DNA of 64,000 nucleotides from a virus (taxonomy: Duplodnaviria; Heunggongvirae; Uroviricota; Caudoviricetes). Shown here piece by piece: positions 1 to 9,818 of the stretch. The first letter of the stretch is position 1. Each line of letters starts with the position of its first letter. Made by a program: the position numbers and the translations under genes. The stretch is from IMG/VR virus record IMGVR_UViG_3300037424_001372, positions 204,837-268,836 of that record; one strand, 5' to 3'. The notes under the pieces were generated by a model. It was not told the DNA's origin and did no database searches. It worked only from the letters and a program-made list of their open reading frames with translations.

Positions 1-150
1 ATTGTTATTAATCAAACTGATGACGATAATAATGATTTAATGAAAGATTTAATTTCTATTATTTATAGTTTTTCTGCCAGAATGTATGGACTTAGACGTA
101 GAAAAAATAAAAAAGATATTATCGAATTTTTGAATACGCAGAAATAATTA
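1..150 (+). CDS. tnpA: IS607-family serine recombinase TnpA, C-terminal fragment (5' part lies outside the window)
   Basis: Frame-1 translation ...DLISIIYSFSARMYGLRRRKNKKDIIEFLNTQK* closely matches the C-terminus of the complete TnpA at 45440..46006. Confidence 0.75.
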
Positions 151-159
151 TAATAACAT

Positions 160-1377
160 ATGCAATTAGTAGAACAACATATAATCAATCATAATTCAAA
201 ATTTTATTCTGAATGTGATTCACTGTGTTTTAAATCTAAAAATTTATATAATAGTTCATTATATTTAATCAAACAAGAATACATTAAAAATAAAATTAAT
301 ATTGTTAATAATTTACATTATTTAGTTAAAAATTCTGAACAATATAAAGAATTGCCGGCTAAAGTATCATCATCGGTATTATTGTCAGTTCAACAAAATT
401 TTAAGAGTTTTTTTAAATCCTTAGAATCATATAATAAAAACAATAATAAATTTAAGGGAAGACCACATTTACCTAAATATTTAGATAAAACAGATGGAAG
501 GTTTATAGTTTCGTATACCAATCAAGCAATATCTAAAAAAATATTTAAAAAATATAATAAAATTAGATTATCTAAAACAAATATTGAATTCAAAACCAAA
601 CTCACTGATTTTAGTGATATTAATTGTGTTAGGATAATCCCTAATTTAGGTTACTTTACAATAGAAGTTGTTTATACCATACCTGACACAAAATTAAAAG
701 ACGATAATAATAAATATATGTCAATTGATTTAGGTGTTAATAATTTGGCAACATTAACAACCAATGTAAAAGGTATTGATCCTGATATTATCAACGGTAA
801 ACCGTTAAAATCAATGAATCAATATTATAATAAAAAGAAATCTCATATTAAATCAATATTAGAAACAAGAAATAAAGCAAAGAAAAGTAAAAAAATAAAA
901 AAATTAGAGCAAAAAAGAAAACAAAAGGTAAATAATTATTTGCATAAATCAAGTAAAATAATAATAAACAAACTATTGGAGAACAATATTAACACTTTGA
1001 TTGTTGGAAATAACAAGGAATGGAAACAAGATGTTAATATTGGGGCAAAGAACAATCAAAACTTTGTATCTATACCACACAGTAGATTTATATTTATGTT
1101 GAAATATAAGTGCGAAAGAAGTGGTATTAACTTTATAACTACAGAGGAAAGCTATACAAGTAAATGTAGTTTTCTGGATCAAGAACCGATAAAAAAACAT
1201 TGTAATTATTTAGGTAAACGAGTAAGCAGAGGTATGTTTCGATCATTAAAAGGATATAATATACATGCTGACGTTAATGGTAGTTATAATATATTAAGAA
1301 AAGCAATTCCTAATGCGTTTTCAGAAGGAATAGAGGGATTAGGAGTAATCCCAAAGATCATAAAAATCTTAAAGTAG
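160..1377 (+). CDS. tnpB: TnpB/OrfB transposon-associated RuvC-like nuclease, A-type copy 1
   Basis: 405-aa ORF about 55% identical to the 44169..45437 copy. It has the RuvC-III-like ADVNGSYNILRKA tail and sits directly downstream of a TnpA fragment. Cysteine pairs for the usual Zn ribbon are absent. Confidence 0.85.
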   Translation: MQLVEQHIINHNSKFYSECDSLCFKSKNLYNSSLYLIKQEYIKNKINIVNNLHYLVKNSEQYKELPAKVSSSVLLSVQQNFKSFFKSLESYNKNNNKFKGRPHLPKYLDKTDGRFIVSYTNQAISKKIFKKYNKIRLSKTNIEFKTKLTDFSDINCVRIIPNLGYFTIEVVYTIPDTKLKDDNNKYMSIDLGVNNLATLTTNVKGIDPDIINGKPLKSMNQYYNKKKSHIKSILETRNKAKKSKKIKKLEQKRKQKVNNYLHKSSKIIINKLLENNINTLIVGNNKEWKQDVNIGAKNNQNFVSIPHSRFIFMLKYKCERSGINFITTEESYTSKCSFLDQEPIKKHCNYLGKRVSRGMFRSLKGYNIHADVNGSYNILRKAIPNAFSEGIEGLGVIPKIIKILK

Positions 1378-1478
1378 TAACGTTTTTACATGTTATTACA
1401 TACTCAAAGGATAAATCAACTAAAGTAGGTGCTGTTATAGTTAAAGATAGAGAAATAATTACTTCAGGTTACAATGGT

Positions 1479-1802
1479 ATGCCAAGAGGTGTTAACGATG
1501 ATTTAGCTTATCGACACGAAAAGCCAGAAAAATATTTTTGGTTTAAACATGCCGAAGAAAATGCTGTTATTAATGCTGCTAGACAAGGTAAAAGTACTTT
1601 AGGTTGCGATATGTATGTCAATTGGTATCCATGTTCGTCTTGTGCCGGAATTATTGTTAATGCTGGCATTAAACGAATTTATTGTGATAAAGAACCCGAA
1701 TGGAATGATGGTAAATGGGGCGAGGAATTTAAAAGGGCACAAACAATCTTAAAAGAAGGTAATGTTGAAGTAATTTATTTAGAATATGATGCACATAGAT
1801 AA
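1479..1802 (+). CDS. dCMP deaminase (cytidine/deoxycytidylate deaminase family), N-terminally truncated
   Basis: HAE and PCSSC zinc-ligand motifs and a GYNG motif. The reading frame is open from 1383 with no start codon, and its first codons are encoded by IS right-end sequence. Confidence 0.7.
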   Translation: MPRGVNDDLAYRHEKPEKYFWFKHAEENAVINAARQGKSTLGCDMYVNWYPCSSCAGIIVNAGIKRIYCDKEPEWNDGKWGEEFKRAQTILKEGNVEVIYLEYDAHR

Positions 1803-2400
1803 AGAAACATATAAAATTTCGGACAATAATTATCATAAGACCAAAACTCTTAAAACACAAATCGTTATAGGGACTACATTACGAAAGAATAATCATCATA
1901 TTACTCGATTAAAACATAAAGATTTGGGGGAATCTACTAAATGGAATACATTTACAATAAATCGTAATGGAGATATTTTTCAACATTATGATGATAAATA
2001 TTTTAGTGATTTCCTTGGGGTTAAACAAGCAGATAAAAGAACAATTTCTATTTTATTGGAGAATATGGGTTGTCTTTTTGAAGATGAGGGTAAATATTAT
2101 AATTGGCTAAATGAAGTTTGTGAAATTGATTCTGTTGTTGAAAAGAAATGGTTTGGATATGATTATTGGGAGAAGGTAACTGAAAACCAAATCAAAAGCT
2201 TAATTGGGCTTATAAAAGTATTATGTAAAAAACATGAAATTCCTAAAGAAATTATTGAATTTCAAAATTTTCATAAAGATACTTCTAAATTCAATGGAAT
2301 CGTATTTAGAAGTAATTACGATAGTAATGGTAGTGATGTTAATCCATTTATAAACACCAATGAATTAAACGAAGAAATTGTATTATATAAGAATATTTAA
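1786..2400 (+). CDS. Amidase_2/PGRP-like protein with catalytic residues substituted (probable inactive paralog)
   Basis: Co-linear similarity to the amidase at 7110..7862, but IVIGTT replaces IVLHHT and the C-terminal Zn-ligand Cys is absent. Confidence 0.4.
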   Translation: MMHIDKETYKISDNNYHKTKTLKTQIVIGTTLRKNNHHITRLKHKDLGESTKWNTFTINRNGDIFQHYDDKYFSDFLGVKQADKRTISILLENMGCLFEDEGKYYNWLNEVCEIDSVVEKKWFGYDYWEKVTENQIKSLIGLIKVLCKKHEIPKEIIEFQNFHKDTSKFNGIVFRSNYDSNGSDVNPFINTNELNEEIVLYKNI

Positions 2401-2450
2401 GTATTTATATACGATAACAAATAATTATAATAAACAGTTGAATAAATTGC

Positions 2451-2969
2451 TTGATTACTATGAAAAACATTAATGATAAAAATACGCCAATTCAAATGCG
2501 AGAATTTATGAAAAGGATGCGTGAAGGTAAGTTTGATACAAATTCAAAACCAACCTCTCAAAAAAATCTTAGTGTTAGAGATATGTTAAAAATTACTCGT
2601 GATATTCAACAAGGTAAGATTAATATTAACGAAGCTGAAAATAAAAAAACTAGTTATGACCAACCTAATGAAGAAGAAAAATTTCGAAATTTCTTTAGTG
2701 ATATGAATGTTAGTATTAAATTCATCGATTTGGAAGTTTATGATAATTTAGTATTTTGGGGAGGTACAATAGATGGTGTGATTCAATTTGTTTATAAAGT
2801 AACTCCTGATGAAAGTACTTCAGGGGTTGAATTTAATTATCTTCCAGATTTTTCGCCAGATAATCCTGAAAATGATGAAATTACTGGTCGAATAGAATCG
2901 TATTTTGATAATTTTTATAAATATTGGAGAGATAATGTTATATCATCTAACATTAATATTAACAAATAA
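2451..2969 (+). CDS. hypothetical protein
   Basis: 172-aa ORF in a co-directional gene block. Confidence 0.5.
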   Translation: MITMKNINDKNTPIQMREFMKRMREGKFDTNSKPTSQKNLSVRDMLKITRDIQQGKININEAENKKTSYDQPNEEEKFRNFFSDMNVSIKFIDLEVYDNLVFWGGTIDGVIQFVYKVTPDESTSGVEFNYLPDFSPDNPENDEITGRIESYFDNFYKYWRDNVISSNININK

Positions 2970-2978
2970 AATACTTAA

Positions 2979-3782
2979 ATGAAAAAAACGATATTAGATT
3001 TTTTAAAAAAAAATAATCATTGGGCTATTGCCTCATTGATTATAGTTATTCTAGTGGGAGGATTAGTATTAAACATACAAAAAAATAGAATAAATAATTT
3101 AAAATATGATTATAATGTTGAAGTTAAATTAAAAAATGCTTTAATTGATAGTGTGTATTATTATTATAATAAAAAAAATCAGTTGGTTGGTGAAAAATTG
3201 ACTTTACAGACAACAATTGATAATCTTAATAATATGTATGATAAACTATCTAATAATCAGAAAGAATTAATTAATTCGATTAAAGAAATTAATAAAAATA
3301 ATATTGTGATTGCAGCAGCTATTATTGAAACTAGAATAAAGGTCGATTCCATTTTACATGGTAAAAATGAGGGCGATTATACTAATATCGATACTGTCAA
3401 GAAAGTAATTTCATTTATTAACCCCAATGGTAAATATTTCCAATATAGTTTTAAAGTTAATAATGTATTACCTGCTTATAAAAATATCATACCATCTTTA
3501 ATAATAGACTCACTGAAATTTTCGAATAAACAATTAATTGATTTTCATTGGAAAGACGATAAAAAAGAAGGTTATCCGATATCATTCAGTGTAACTAATG
3601 ATAATCCATATTTTCAAACGATTAATATTGATAGCTATGCTATTCCAGAATTGGATAAACAAGAATTAAGACCAACATTTGGACAAAAAGTTGGAAAATT
3701 CTTTAAAGAAGGTGGTGGTAATATTGGATATTTTGGAATAGGTACTGCAGTAGGTGTTGGTGCTATTTTATTACTTAAATAA
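2979..3782 (+). CDS. membrane protein (N-terminal TM, Gly-rich C-terminal TM)
   Basis: Hydrophobic stretches HWAIASLIIVILVGGLVL and GYFGIGTAVGVGAILLL. Confidence 0.5.
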   Translation: MKKTILDFLKKNNHWAIASLIIVILVGGLVLNIQKNRINNLKYDYNVEVKLKNALIDSVYYYYNKKNQLVGEKLTLQTTIDNLNNMYDKLSNNQKELINSIKEINKNNIVIAAAIIETRIKVDSILHGKNEGDYTNIDTVKKVISFINPNGKYFQYSFKVNNVLPAYKNIIPSLIIDSLKFSNKQLIDFHWKDDKKEGYPISFSVTNDNPYFQTINIDSYAIPELDKQELRPTFGQKVGKFFKEGGGNIGYFGIGTAVGVGAILLLK

Positions 3783-3868
3783 TTTTTATGTTAAATTATA
3801 AAATAGCGTATTATTTTTTAATTCACTATTTTTGTACCCATATTTTTTTTTAAGTTATTCAAGTATTT

Positions 3869-4096
3869 ATGAATAACCTAGAACATAAAATGGAAGAACA
3901 AAATATTAGAAAAATTGTTAAAGATGAGATAAATAAATTTGTTAATGATTCATTGGATAAGGAAATTAAAAAGTTATTAGCAAAATCAGGCACTTTAACA
4001 AGAGACGAAAATATTACAATAATTAAAAATGCTTTAGATGCAGTATATAAAGTATTATGGACAAAAAAAGAGTTTTGGAAGTCTGATATTAAATAA
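3869..4096 (+). CDS. hypothetical protein
   Basis: 75-aa ORF. Confidence 0.4.
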   Translation: MNNLEHKMEEQNIRKIVKDEINKFVNDSLDKEIKKLLAKSGTLTRDENITIIKNALDAVYKVLWTKKEFWKSDIK

Positions 4097-4208
4097 TTTA
4101 TTGTGAATAAAAATGAATATGATATTATTTTATTAAATCATAATACTAATTTAAAATCATTGTGTTTATATAATAATAGACATATTAAGCGTAATAATAT
4201 TAATTAAC

Positions 4209-6662
4209 ATGGCAGATTTAAAACCAACATTAAGCAAACCAATGAGTACTCAATCAAAAAATTATGAAACTAATTTTAAGGCCACTATGAGTAAAAACAA
4301 TATTCATTTACATGAAAGTAATGATTTTTTAATTGAAATTGATAATAAATTAGATAATGACAAATTTTCCATTAAAAAGAAAATATTTTCATTACCTAAA
4401 ATGGAAAGTTTGGTTTTTTCAGACCCATTATTATCTACAAAATATAATGAAATGAGTGAAGAAGGTTCAAATCGTTGGGGGTATCATTATAATGAAACTG
4501 TGATGAACATATTATTTAATGATTATGTTTTGAATAGTCCTAAATATTTGCAAAAATATAAACAAGCAATCCCAAAAGAAAAAAAGAGAAGAGATAAATC
4601 GGGTATTAATCAGTTAAAAAAAGCTGGTGAAGAAAAAATGAATGTACCGACTAAATCTGTTCAAGAAAAATTTGATGTTGATGAATCTACAACGGCAAGT
4701 AGTGCTGGTGGTGCTGCTGGATATGTTGGTTATGCAGGTCCATCTGCGTGGTCGAAGAAAGGTGAACTTAGTGGTGATTTTAAAAAGAAAAAAGAAACTC
4801 CTATTGCAAATATTTCAACAATTTCTGAAAGTCAATATTTAATAGACCCAAGTGGTTTTGAAAAATATATTCAATCTTTAAATGAGGCAGATACTAGTGT
4901 TATTAGAAATAAAATTCAAGAACAGAATGATGCTGATTATATTCAAAAAAATAGTGAGGCATTTGGTAGTGAGGCCAATAATATGAATCAAAGTAATAAA
5001 GATATTATTGTTAAAGATTTAAAAACAGGTGTGCTTGATAGAGGTAATAATATTAAAGAAACTGATAAAACAAATACTCCATTATACGAAAGATTTGAAT
5101 CAAAAAAACAACAAAGATATTTTTATTATAAAGCAAACGATAATTCATTACCTGCTGAAGAAAGAGCTAAATGGAAAAAAATGGCTCAAGAATTTTCAGA
5201 TAAAACTAATTTCAATAAACTTCCTGAAAAGGTTGATGAGGGTAATAATAGAATAAATCCAAAATATACTCATTTTGCTATATATAAACCAAATGGTAAG
5301 ATAATTAATGGTTGGGAATATGCTGGTTATGACTCAGAAGAACTTAAAATGGAGAAAAAACATTATTTCTTTAATGATATTGTTGATATGGATTTTAACC
5401 CTAAAGACGTTAATATTTTAACAACAAAATCATTGCAGAAACGTGGTATTAATCCATTTGATAATAATAATTGGTATGTTGAAAGATTTAATCCTAAAGA
5501 ACAAATAAATAATATTAAAGAAGATAGTCAAACTATGATAAAAGATAATGGTAGTTCAATGGCGAATAAACAACAGCCAATTGGTGATTTAGGTAGTAAT
5601 GCATCAATGGGTATGCAAAGTAGTGGTGGTATGAATGAAGTAGAATCTTTGTTTGAAACACTTAATAATGAATTAGAGGCATTTGCTATTCACCAAAATA
5701 AATTAAAGGTTATTGCTGAAGATAGAAAACCATCTGCTTTGGTTCTTCGTGATAGGCTTGGTGCCGAAAATGAAAAAAATTTCAAGAGCGATATGAAAAA
5801 TAGTGATACTCAAGAAATTATTAATATTGAAAAAGAATTACAATATAAAGACCAACAAACAAATGTTGGTAACAAACCCGATAAACTAGGTATTGATATA
5901 GAGAAAAAAGCTATTAAAACAGGTGATATGAATGGTGAGGAATCATTTAAAAATGTTGGTGATAGTACTAATGATAAAGGTAATGAAATACCTAAACGTA
6001 ATTTAACTTCAGATGAACAAGAGGAAGTTAATATGTATCGTAATGGTATGCATAGTTTGGTTTATGATAACGAACCTAGTGAACGTTTTGAAGATAGAAT
6101 GAAAGCCGATATGGGTGATAATGTTTATGATATTAGACAAAAACAAATGGATTTCAAAGCTAAAGCACCTATGTATAATAAAGATACACAACCAACTGAA
6201 AATGGGATTGATAAAAGTCAATTTGATAAAAATGAATCTGGTTGGAACAAAAGAGAAGGACTTAAAGAATCTTTAATAACTGGTAGATATTTTAATAATT
6301 TAGGAAAAAGACGTTTAGTTGAATTTAAAGTAAGTGAAGTCGAAAATATTGAAAAAATTGACGAATCTAAATTCAGTAAAATTAATTTTGATGGTTTAGG
6401 TAATTCTTATTATAGTAAAACAATTGACAATAAAGTGGTTATTAATGAAAGTGTTGTAAATGCATTGAAAAATAATGAATATTATACTGATGGTAATAAA
6501 ATTGTTGCAACGAAAAAAACTACACTAAAATTAAATGAAAATACTCAATCAATTGAAAAACCAGTAATGAACGAACAAATAAATAAAATGAAACATTTAT
6601 TAGGTTATAAACCAGAATCATATGTGAGTACTAATAATGTTAAAAACAATAGGGGATTTTAA
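4209..6662 (+). CDS. large low-complexity K/N/E/D-rich hypothetical protein (possible virion-associated protein)
   Basis: 817-aa uninterrupted ORF. Gly/Ala-rich patch SSAGGAAGYVGYAGPSAW. Confidence 0.6.
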   Translation: MADLKPTLSKPMSTQSKNYETNFKATMSKNNIHLHESNDFLIEIDNKLDNDKFSIKKKIFSLPKMESLVFSDPLLSTKYNEMSEEGSNRWGYHYNETVMNILFNDYVLNSPKYLQKYKQAIPKEKKRRDKSGINQLKKAGEEKMNVPTKSVQEKFDVDESTTASSAGGAAGYVGYAGPSAWSKKGELSGDFKKKKETPIANISTISESQYLIDPSGFEKYIQSLNEADTSVIRNKIQEQNDADYIQKNSEAFGSEANNMNQSNKDIIVKDLKTGVLDRGNNIKETDKTNTPLYERFESKKQQRYFYYKANDNSLPAEERAKWKKMAQEFSDKTNFNKLPEKVDEGNNRINPKYTHFAIYKPNGKIINGWEYAGYDSEELKMEKKHYFFNDIVDMDFNPKDVNILTTKSLQKRGINPFDNNNWYVERFNPKEQINNIKEDSQTMIKDNGSSMANKQQPIGDLGSNASMGMQSSGGMNEVESLFETLNNELEAFAIHQNKLKVIAEDRKPSALVLRDRLGAENEKNFKSDMKNSDTQEIINIEKELQYKDQQTNVGNKPDKLGIDIEKKAIKTGDMNGEESFKNVGDSTNDKGNEIPKRNLTSDEQEEVNMYRNGMHSLVYDNEPSERFEDRMKADMGDNVYDIRQKQMDFKAKAPMYNKDTQPTENGIDKSQFDKNESGWNKREGLKESLITGRYFNNLGKRRLVEFKVSEVENIEKIDESKFSKINFDGLGNSYYSKTIDNKVVINESVVNALKNNEYYTDGNKIVATKKTTLKLNENTQSIEKPVMNEQINKMKHLLGYKPESYVSTNNVKNNRGF

Positions 6663-7023
6663 TGTGAATATTACCAAAGAACAATTTGATATTGTATATA
6701 ATCAATATTCACCTAATATGTGGATTAAACTAATATTTAAATATTTTTCAAGTCAAACTGAAATGAAAAATATTGCATTTCAAAAAAATCTTCGAATAAT
6801 ATTGTTGGGAATATTTTTCTGTGGATTATTGGGTACTATATTCAATTTACCTGAAAATTTTATTAAAATTATTACATATTTATTTTCAGCAAGTATTTTT
6901 TTTATTGTTCTATGCCTATTTAGTGCGATTATTATGAATAATTTAAGAATAAAAAAAATTATAAAAAAATTAGGTATTTCTATAAATGAATATAATTCAT
7001 TGGTCGATAAATATTATTGTTGA
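6637..7023 (+). CDS. small membrane protein, holin candidate
   Basis: Two or three predicted TM helices and a charged C-terminus, immediately upstream of the amidase gene. Confidence 0.35.
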   Translation: MLKTIGDFNVNITKEQFDIVYNQYSPNMWIKLIFKYFSSQTEMKNIAFQKNLRIILLGIFFCGLLGTIFNLPENFIKIITYLFSASIFFIVLCLFSAIIMNNLRIKKIIKKLGISINEYNSLVDKYYC

Positions 7024-7040
7024 TAAATATTATAATCAAT

Positions 7041-7080
7041 AAAAAAGTGATGCTAATTTAATTAACATCACTTTTTTTTG
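7041..7080 (+). terminator. rho-independent terminator hairpin
   Basis: AAAGTGATG-loop-CATCACTTT stem followed by a T run. Confidence 0.6.
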
Positions 7081-7109
7081 TTATAGTATTTATGAAAAAT
7101 GAATGACTT

Positions 7110-7862
7110 ATGTTAATGAATTTAAAAAATTACCTGTTTGGTGACGATAGTATTAAACAAGCTGAAAATTTAAAAGTAGTTGAAGCAAATAATTTAAAAA
7201 AATTAAATTTAAATGAAATTATCTCGGTAACATTGCCAGATAATCAATATTTTAAAGAGTCTACCCTCAAAAAGCAAATTGTGTTACATCATACAGTATC
7301 TGGACAAGGTGTTGATGGTGATATTTCATGGTGGAGAAGTACTTCTGATAGAATTGGTACTGTAATTATTGTTGGTTGGGATGGTAAAATTTATCAATGT
7401 TTTTCCAGTCAATACTGGGCACATCATTTAGGTGTTCATGCAGCAAACAATAAAGCCCTAAATATGGCTAGCATTGGCATTGAAATAGATTCTTGGGGTG
7501 GATTGGTTAGAAGTAACGGAATGTGGTATCCAGCTATTTGGGATAAAAATTTGGGACGATATGTTGCAAATACTTCCATAAAACCAATACAAAATGTTCA
7601 AGAATATGAAAAAGGATTTAAGGGTTTTTATGGTTATGAAAAATATACTGATGCTCAAATTGAAGCAGTTCGAAAATTATTGGTTTATTTTGGTGAAAAA
7701 TATAATATTTCATTAGCTTATAATGAAAGTATGTGGGATGTTTCTAATGAGGCATTAAGTGGTAAATCTGGGGTGTGGACTCATGTTAGTTTCCGGAATG
7801 GAAAATCGGATTGTTATCCTGATGAAAGATTGATTGAAATGCTAAAAAATTTAAATAAATAA
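7110..7862 (+). CDS. N-acetylmuramoyl-L-alanine amidase (Amidase_2/PGRP family), probable endolysin
   Basis: IVLHHTVSG motif, conserved Cys in KSDCYPDE, and typical amidase_2 core (GWDGKIYQ, HHLGVHAANN, IGIEID). Confidence 0.8.
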   Translation: MLMNLKNYLFGDDSIKQAENLKVVEANNLKKLNLNEIISVTLPDNQYFKESTLKKQIVLHHTVSGQGVDGDISWWRSTSDRIGTVIIVGWDGKIYQCFSSQYWAHHLGVHAANNKALNMASIGIEIDSWGGLVRSNGMWYPAIWDKNLGRYVANTSIKPIQNVQEYEKGFKGFYGYEKYTDAQIEAVRKLLVYFGEKYNISLAYNESMWDVSNEALSGKSGVWTHVSFRNGKSDCYPDERLIEMLKNLNK

Positions 7863-7933
7863 AAATGATGGTCATTTATTGATAATAGTACATCTATAAT
7901 CAGAACTAATTAAAATGTTGAAATCTTCATAAT

Positions 7934-8362
7934 ATGAAAACGACTGAAAAGAAAAATATTATAATTAAAGACCGTGTTGAAATTTATTATGATTTTACTA
8001 AAAATTTACTTAAATATATTTTTAAATATTATATAGATAGAGAATCTTTGAGCGAATACCAAGACATGAAAAATCATTTTAATTGGTGTTTTAATAAAGT
8101 ATGTGACGAATTTTTGGAAGAAGAGATTAATTTTATCAAAAATAATGAATTAAGAGAATATTTCTTCACTTATTATTATAATCAATTTTATAACGTTTCT
8201 CAAAATAATAATTTGGTTAAAGAATATTATGAATTTTTTTGGGATGAAATTTTTAATATAAAAAATGTAAAAAATAGTAATTATATTAAAATTTTATTTG
8301 AAATATATAATATCTTTGATACATCTATCAATACAAATAAAAATATTTTAGAAATGGTTTAA
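7934..8362 (+). CDS. hypothetical protein
   Basis: 142-aa ORF. Confidence 0.45.
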   Translation: MKTTEKKNIIIKDRVEIYYDFTKNLLKYIFKYYIDRESLSEYQDMKNHFNWCFNKVCDEFLEEEINFIKNNELREYFFTYYYNQFYNVSQNNNLVKEYYEFFWDEIFNIKNVKNSNYIKILFEIYNIFDTSINTNKNILEMV

Positions 8363-8434
8363 ATATGTTTGCAATTGATATGATTATTATATACTTTTAC
8401 AAGTACTAAAAATTACTTTAAATAAAAAATTGTT

Positions 8435-8704
8435 ATGGCAAATTTAAAAGTTGATTTAATCAACAAAATAAACAATGAAAAATATTTCGATGAATTGGAA
8501 TTGGTTCGTTTGGCGCAAGAACCTAATATGAATTTTAAAATCAAAATTAATCAAATGGATGAACTTTTGGATAAAATTGTTAGGGCAAATTCTAAAATGG
8601 AATTGATTGGTCATTATTTTCAAGAACCTGCTCAAACACAACCACCGACACAACAACCAATGCCTCAAACTAGAATTCATCAAGGTCAAAGTCACGGAGA
8701 ATGA
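8435..8704 (+). CDS. hypothetical protein with Q/P-rich tail
   Basis: 89-aa ORF. Confidence 0.4.
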   Translation: MANLKVDLINKINNEKYFDELELVRLAQEPNMNFKIKINQMDELLDKIVRANSKMELIGHYFQEPAQTQPPTQQPMPQTRIHQGQSHGE

Positions 8705-8898
8705 TAATAATATTAAATGAAATATATCAGTTTTTATATATATTGTCTACAACATATTTAATTAGTATAATTGCAGATTTATTAATTAAAATGTATGGCA
8801 GATTTAAATTAAAACACGAATCAAGATTTCAGTTAAATTATTATGAAAAAATATTGCTATGGATTTCTATAGCAATATTTTTCACATATACAATCTAA
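8701..8898 (+). CDS. small membrane protein
   Basis: 65-aa ORF with two hydrophobic segments. Confidence 0.35.
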   Translation: MIIILNEIYQFLYILSTTYLISIIADLLIKMYGRFKLKHESRFQLNYYEKILLWISIAIFFTYTI

Positions 8899-8908
8899 AA
8901 AGTTTTAA

Positions 8909-9418
8909 ATGAAATTAATCGAACAAGCATTAAATGCTACTGGTGGTTATATTAATACAATATCAAGAGATACTGTTCATGGGTGGTGGGTTCTTGAGGT
9001 TGGTTTACCTAAATCATGGGTATATGATAACAATCAAAAAATTGATTGTGAAACTGTTTTTGAAAATGATTTAGGTTGTATGATAAAAATATCACCTAAA
9101 ACAGATGATGTTGTTATTGATGACTTAATTTCTTTTGTTGAAATAATTATTAGTACTAATGAGAAAATTGCTTTAAAAGAAAAGGAATTTACTGATAAAA
9201 TGCAGGAAATGAAAAATGTTTTGGAAAACGAAGCAAAAAAATTTTATCAAGAATTGGACGATTTAAAGGAAAAATCATTTAATGACATTAATAGTGATTT
9301 CGTATCTAATATTGGCATATCCAAATCAAAATCAGGTAAAAAAACAAAAAAAGATGGTATTGATAATAATATCAAAGAAGATGTAGATACTATTGAGTCA
9401 ACCGATGCTACCTCATAA
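8909..9418 (+). CDS. hypothetical protein
   Basis: 169-aa ORF. Confidence 0.5.
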   Translation: MKLIEQALNATGGYINTISRDTVHGWWVLEVGLPKSWVYDNNQKIDCETVFENDLGCMIKISPKTDDVVIDDLISFVEIIISTNEKIALKEKEFTDKMQEMKNVLENEAKKFYQELDDLKEKSFNDINSDFVSNIGISKSKSGKKTKKDGIDNNIKEDVDTIESTDATS

Positions 9419-9426
9419 TCAATAAT

Positions 9427-9780
9427 ATGGAAAATATTAATATTAATGAAATTCCTTACGATGGTGATGAATTAATTGAATATGTTTCATTATCAAAACA
9501 CATTAAAGAAGAAACTGAAAGGAATTTAAATTATTTCGTAAATGATGTTACCGAACACGGTGATTCATATATGAAGGAGCTTGATAGAAAAAAGAAATAT
9601 AAAAAAGTGCTCCAAGAAAAACTAATTCCATATATTTTAAAACATCGAGCTATTCAATATAATGAAGATGAATTAATGTCATATAGTTATGATGATGTTA
9701 AAAAAATTTATGACGAATTGAAACATGAAAAACGTCATTTTTTTATCAAATTTTTTCATTTTCTTTTTAATGTTGAATAA
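9427..9780 (+). CDS. hypothetical protein
   Basis: 117-aa ORF. Confidence 0.45.
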   Translation: MENININEIPYDGDELIEYVSLSKHIKEETERNLNYFVNDVTEHGDSYMKELDRKKKYKKVLQEKLIPYILKHRAIQYNEDELMSYSYDDVKKIYDELKHEKRHFFIKFFHFLFNVE

Positions 9781-9818
9781 TTGTTCTATCTTAGCAAACA
9801 ATTAAAATTTGAAATACA

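Larger units (their letters stand above)
1..1405 (+). mobile_element. IS607-family element, A-type copy A1 (partial; left part outside the window)
   Basis: tnpA-tnpB arrangement. The 3' end through about 1405 resembles the right end of copy A2, including the conserved GGGATTA-nnnn-TAATCCC hairpin inside the tnpB 3' end. Confidence 0.7.
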
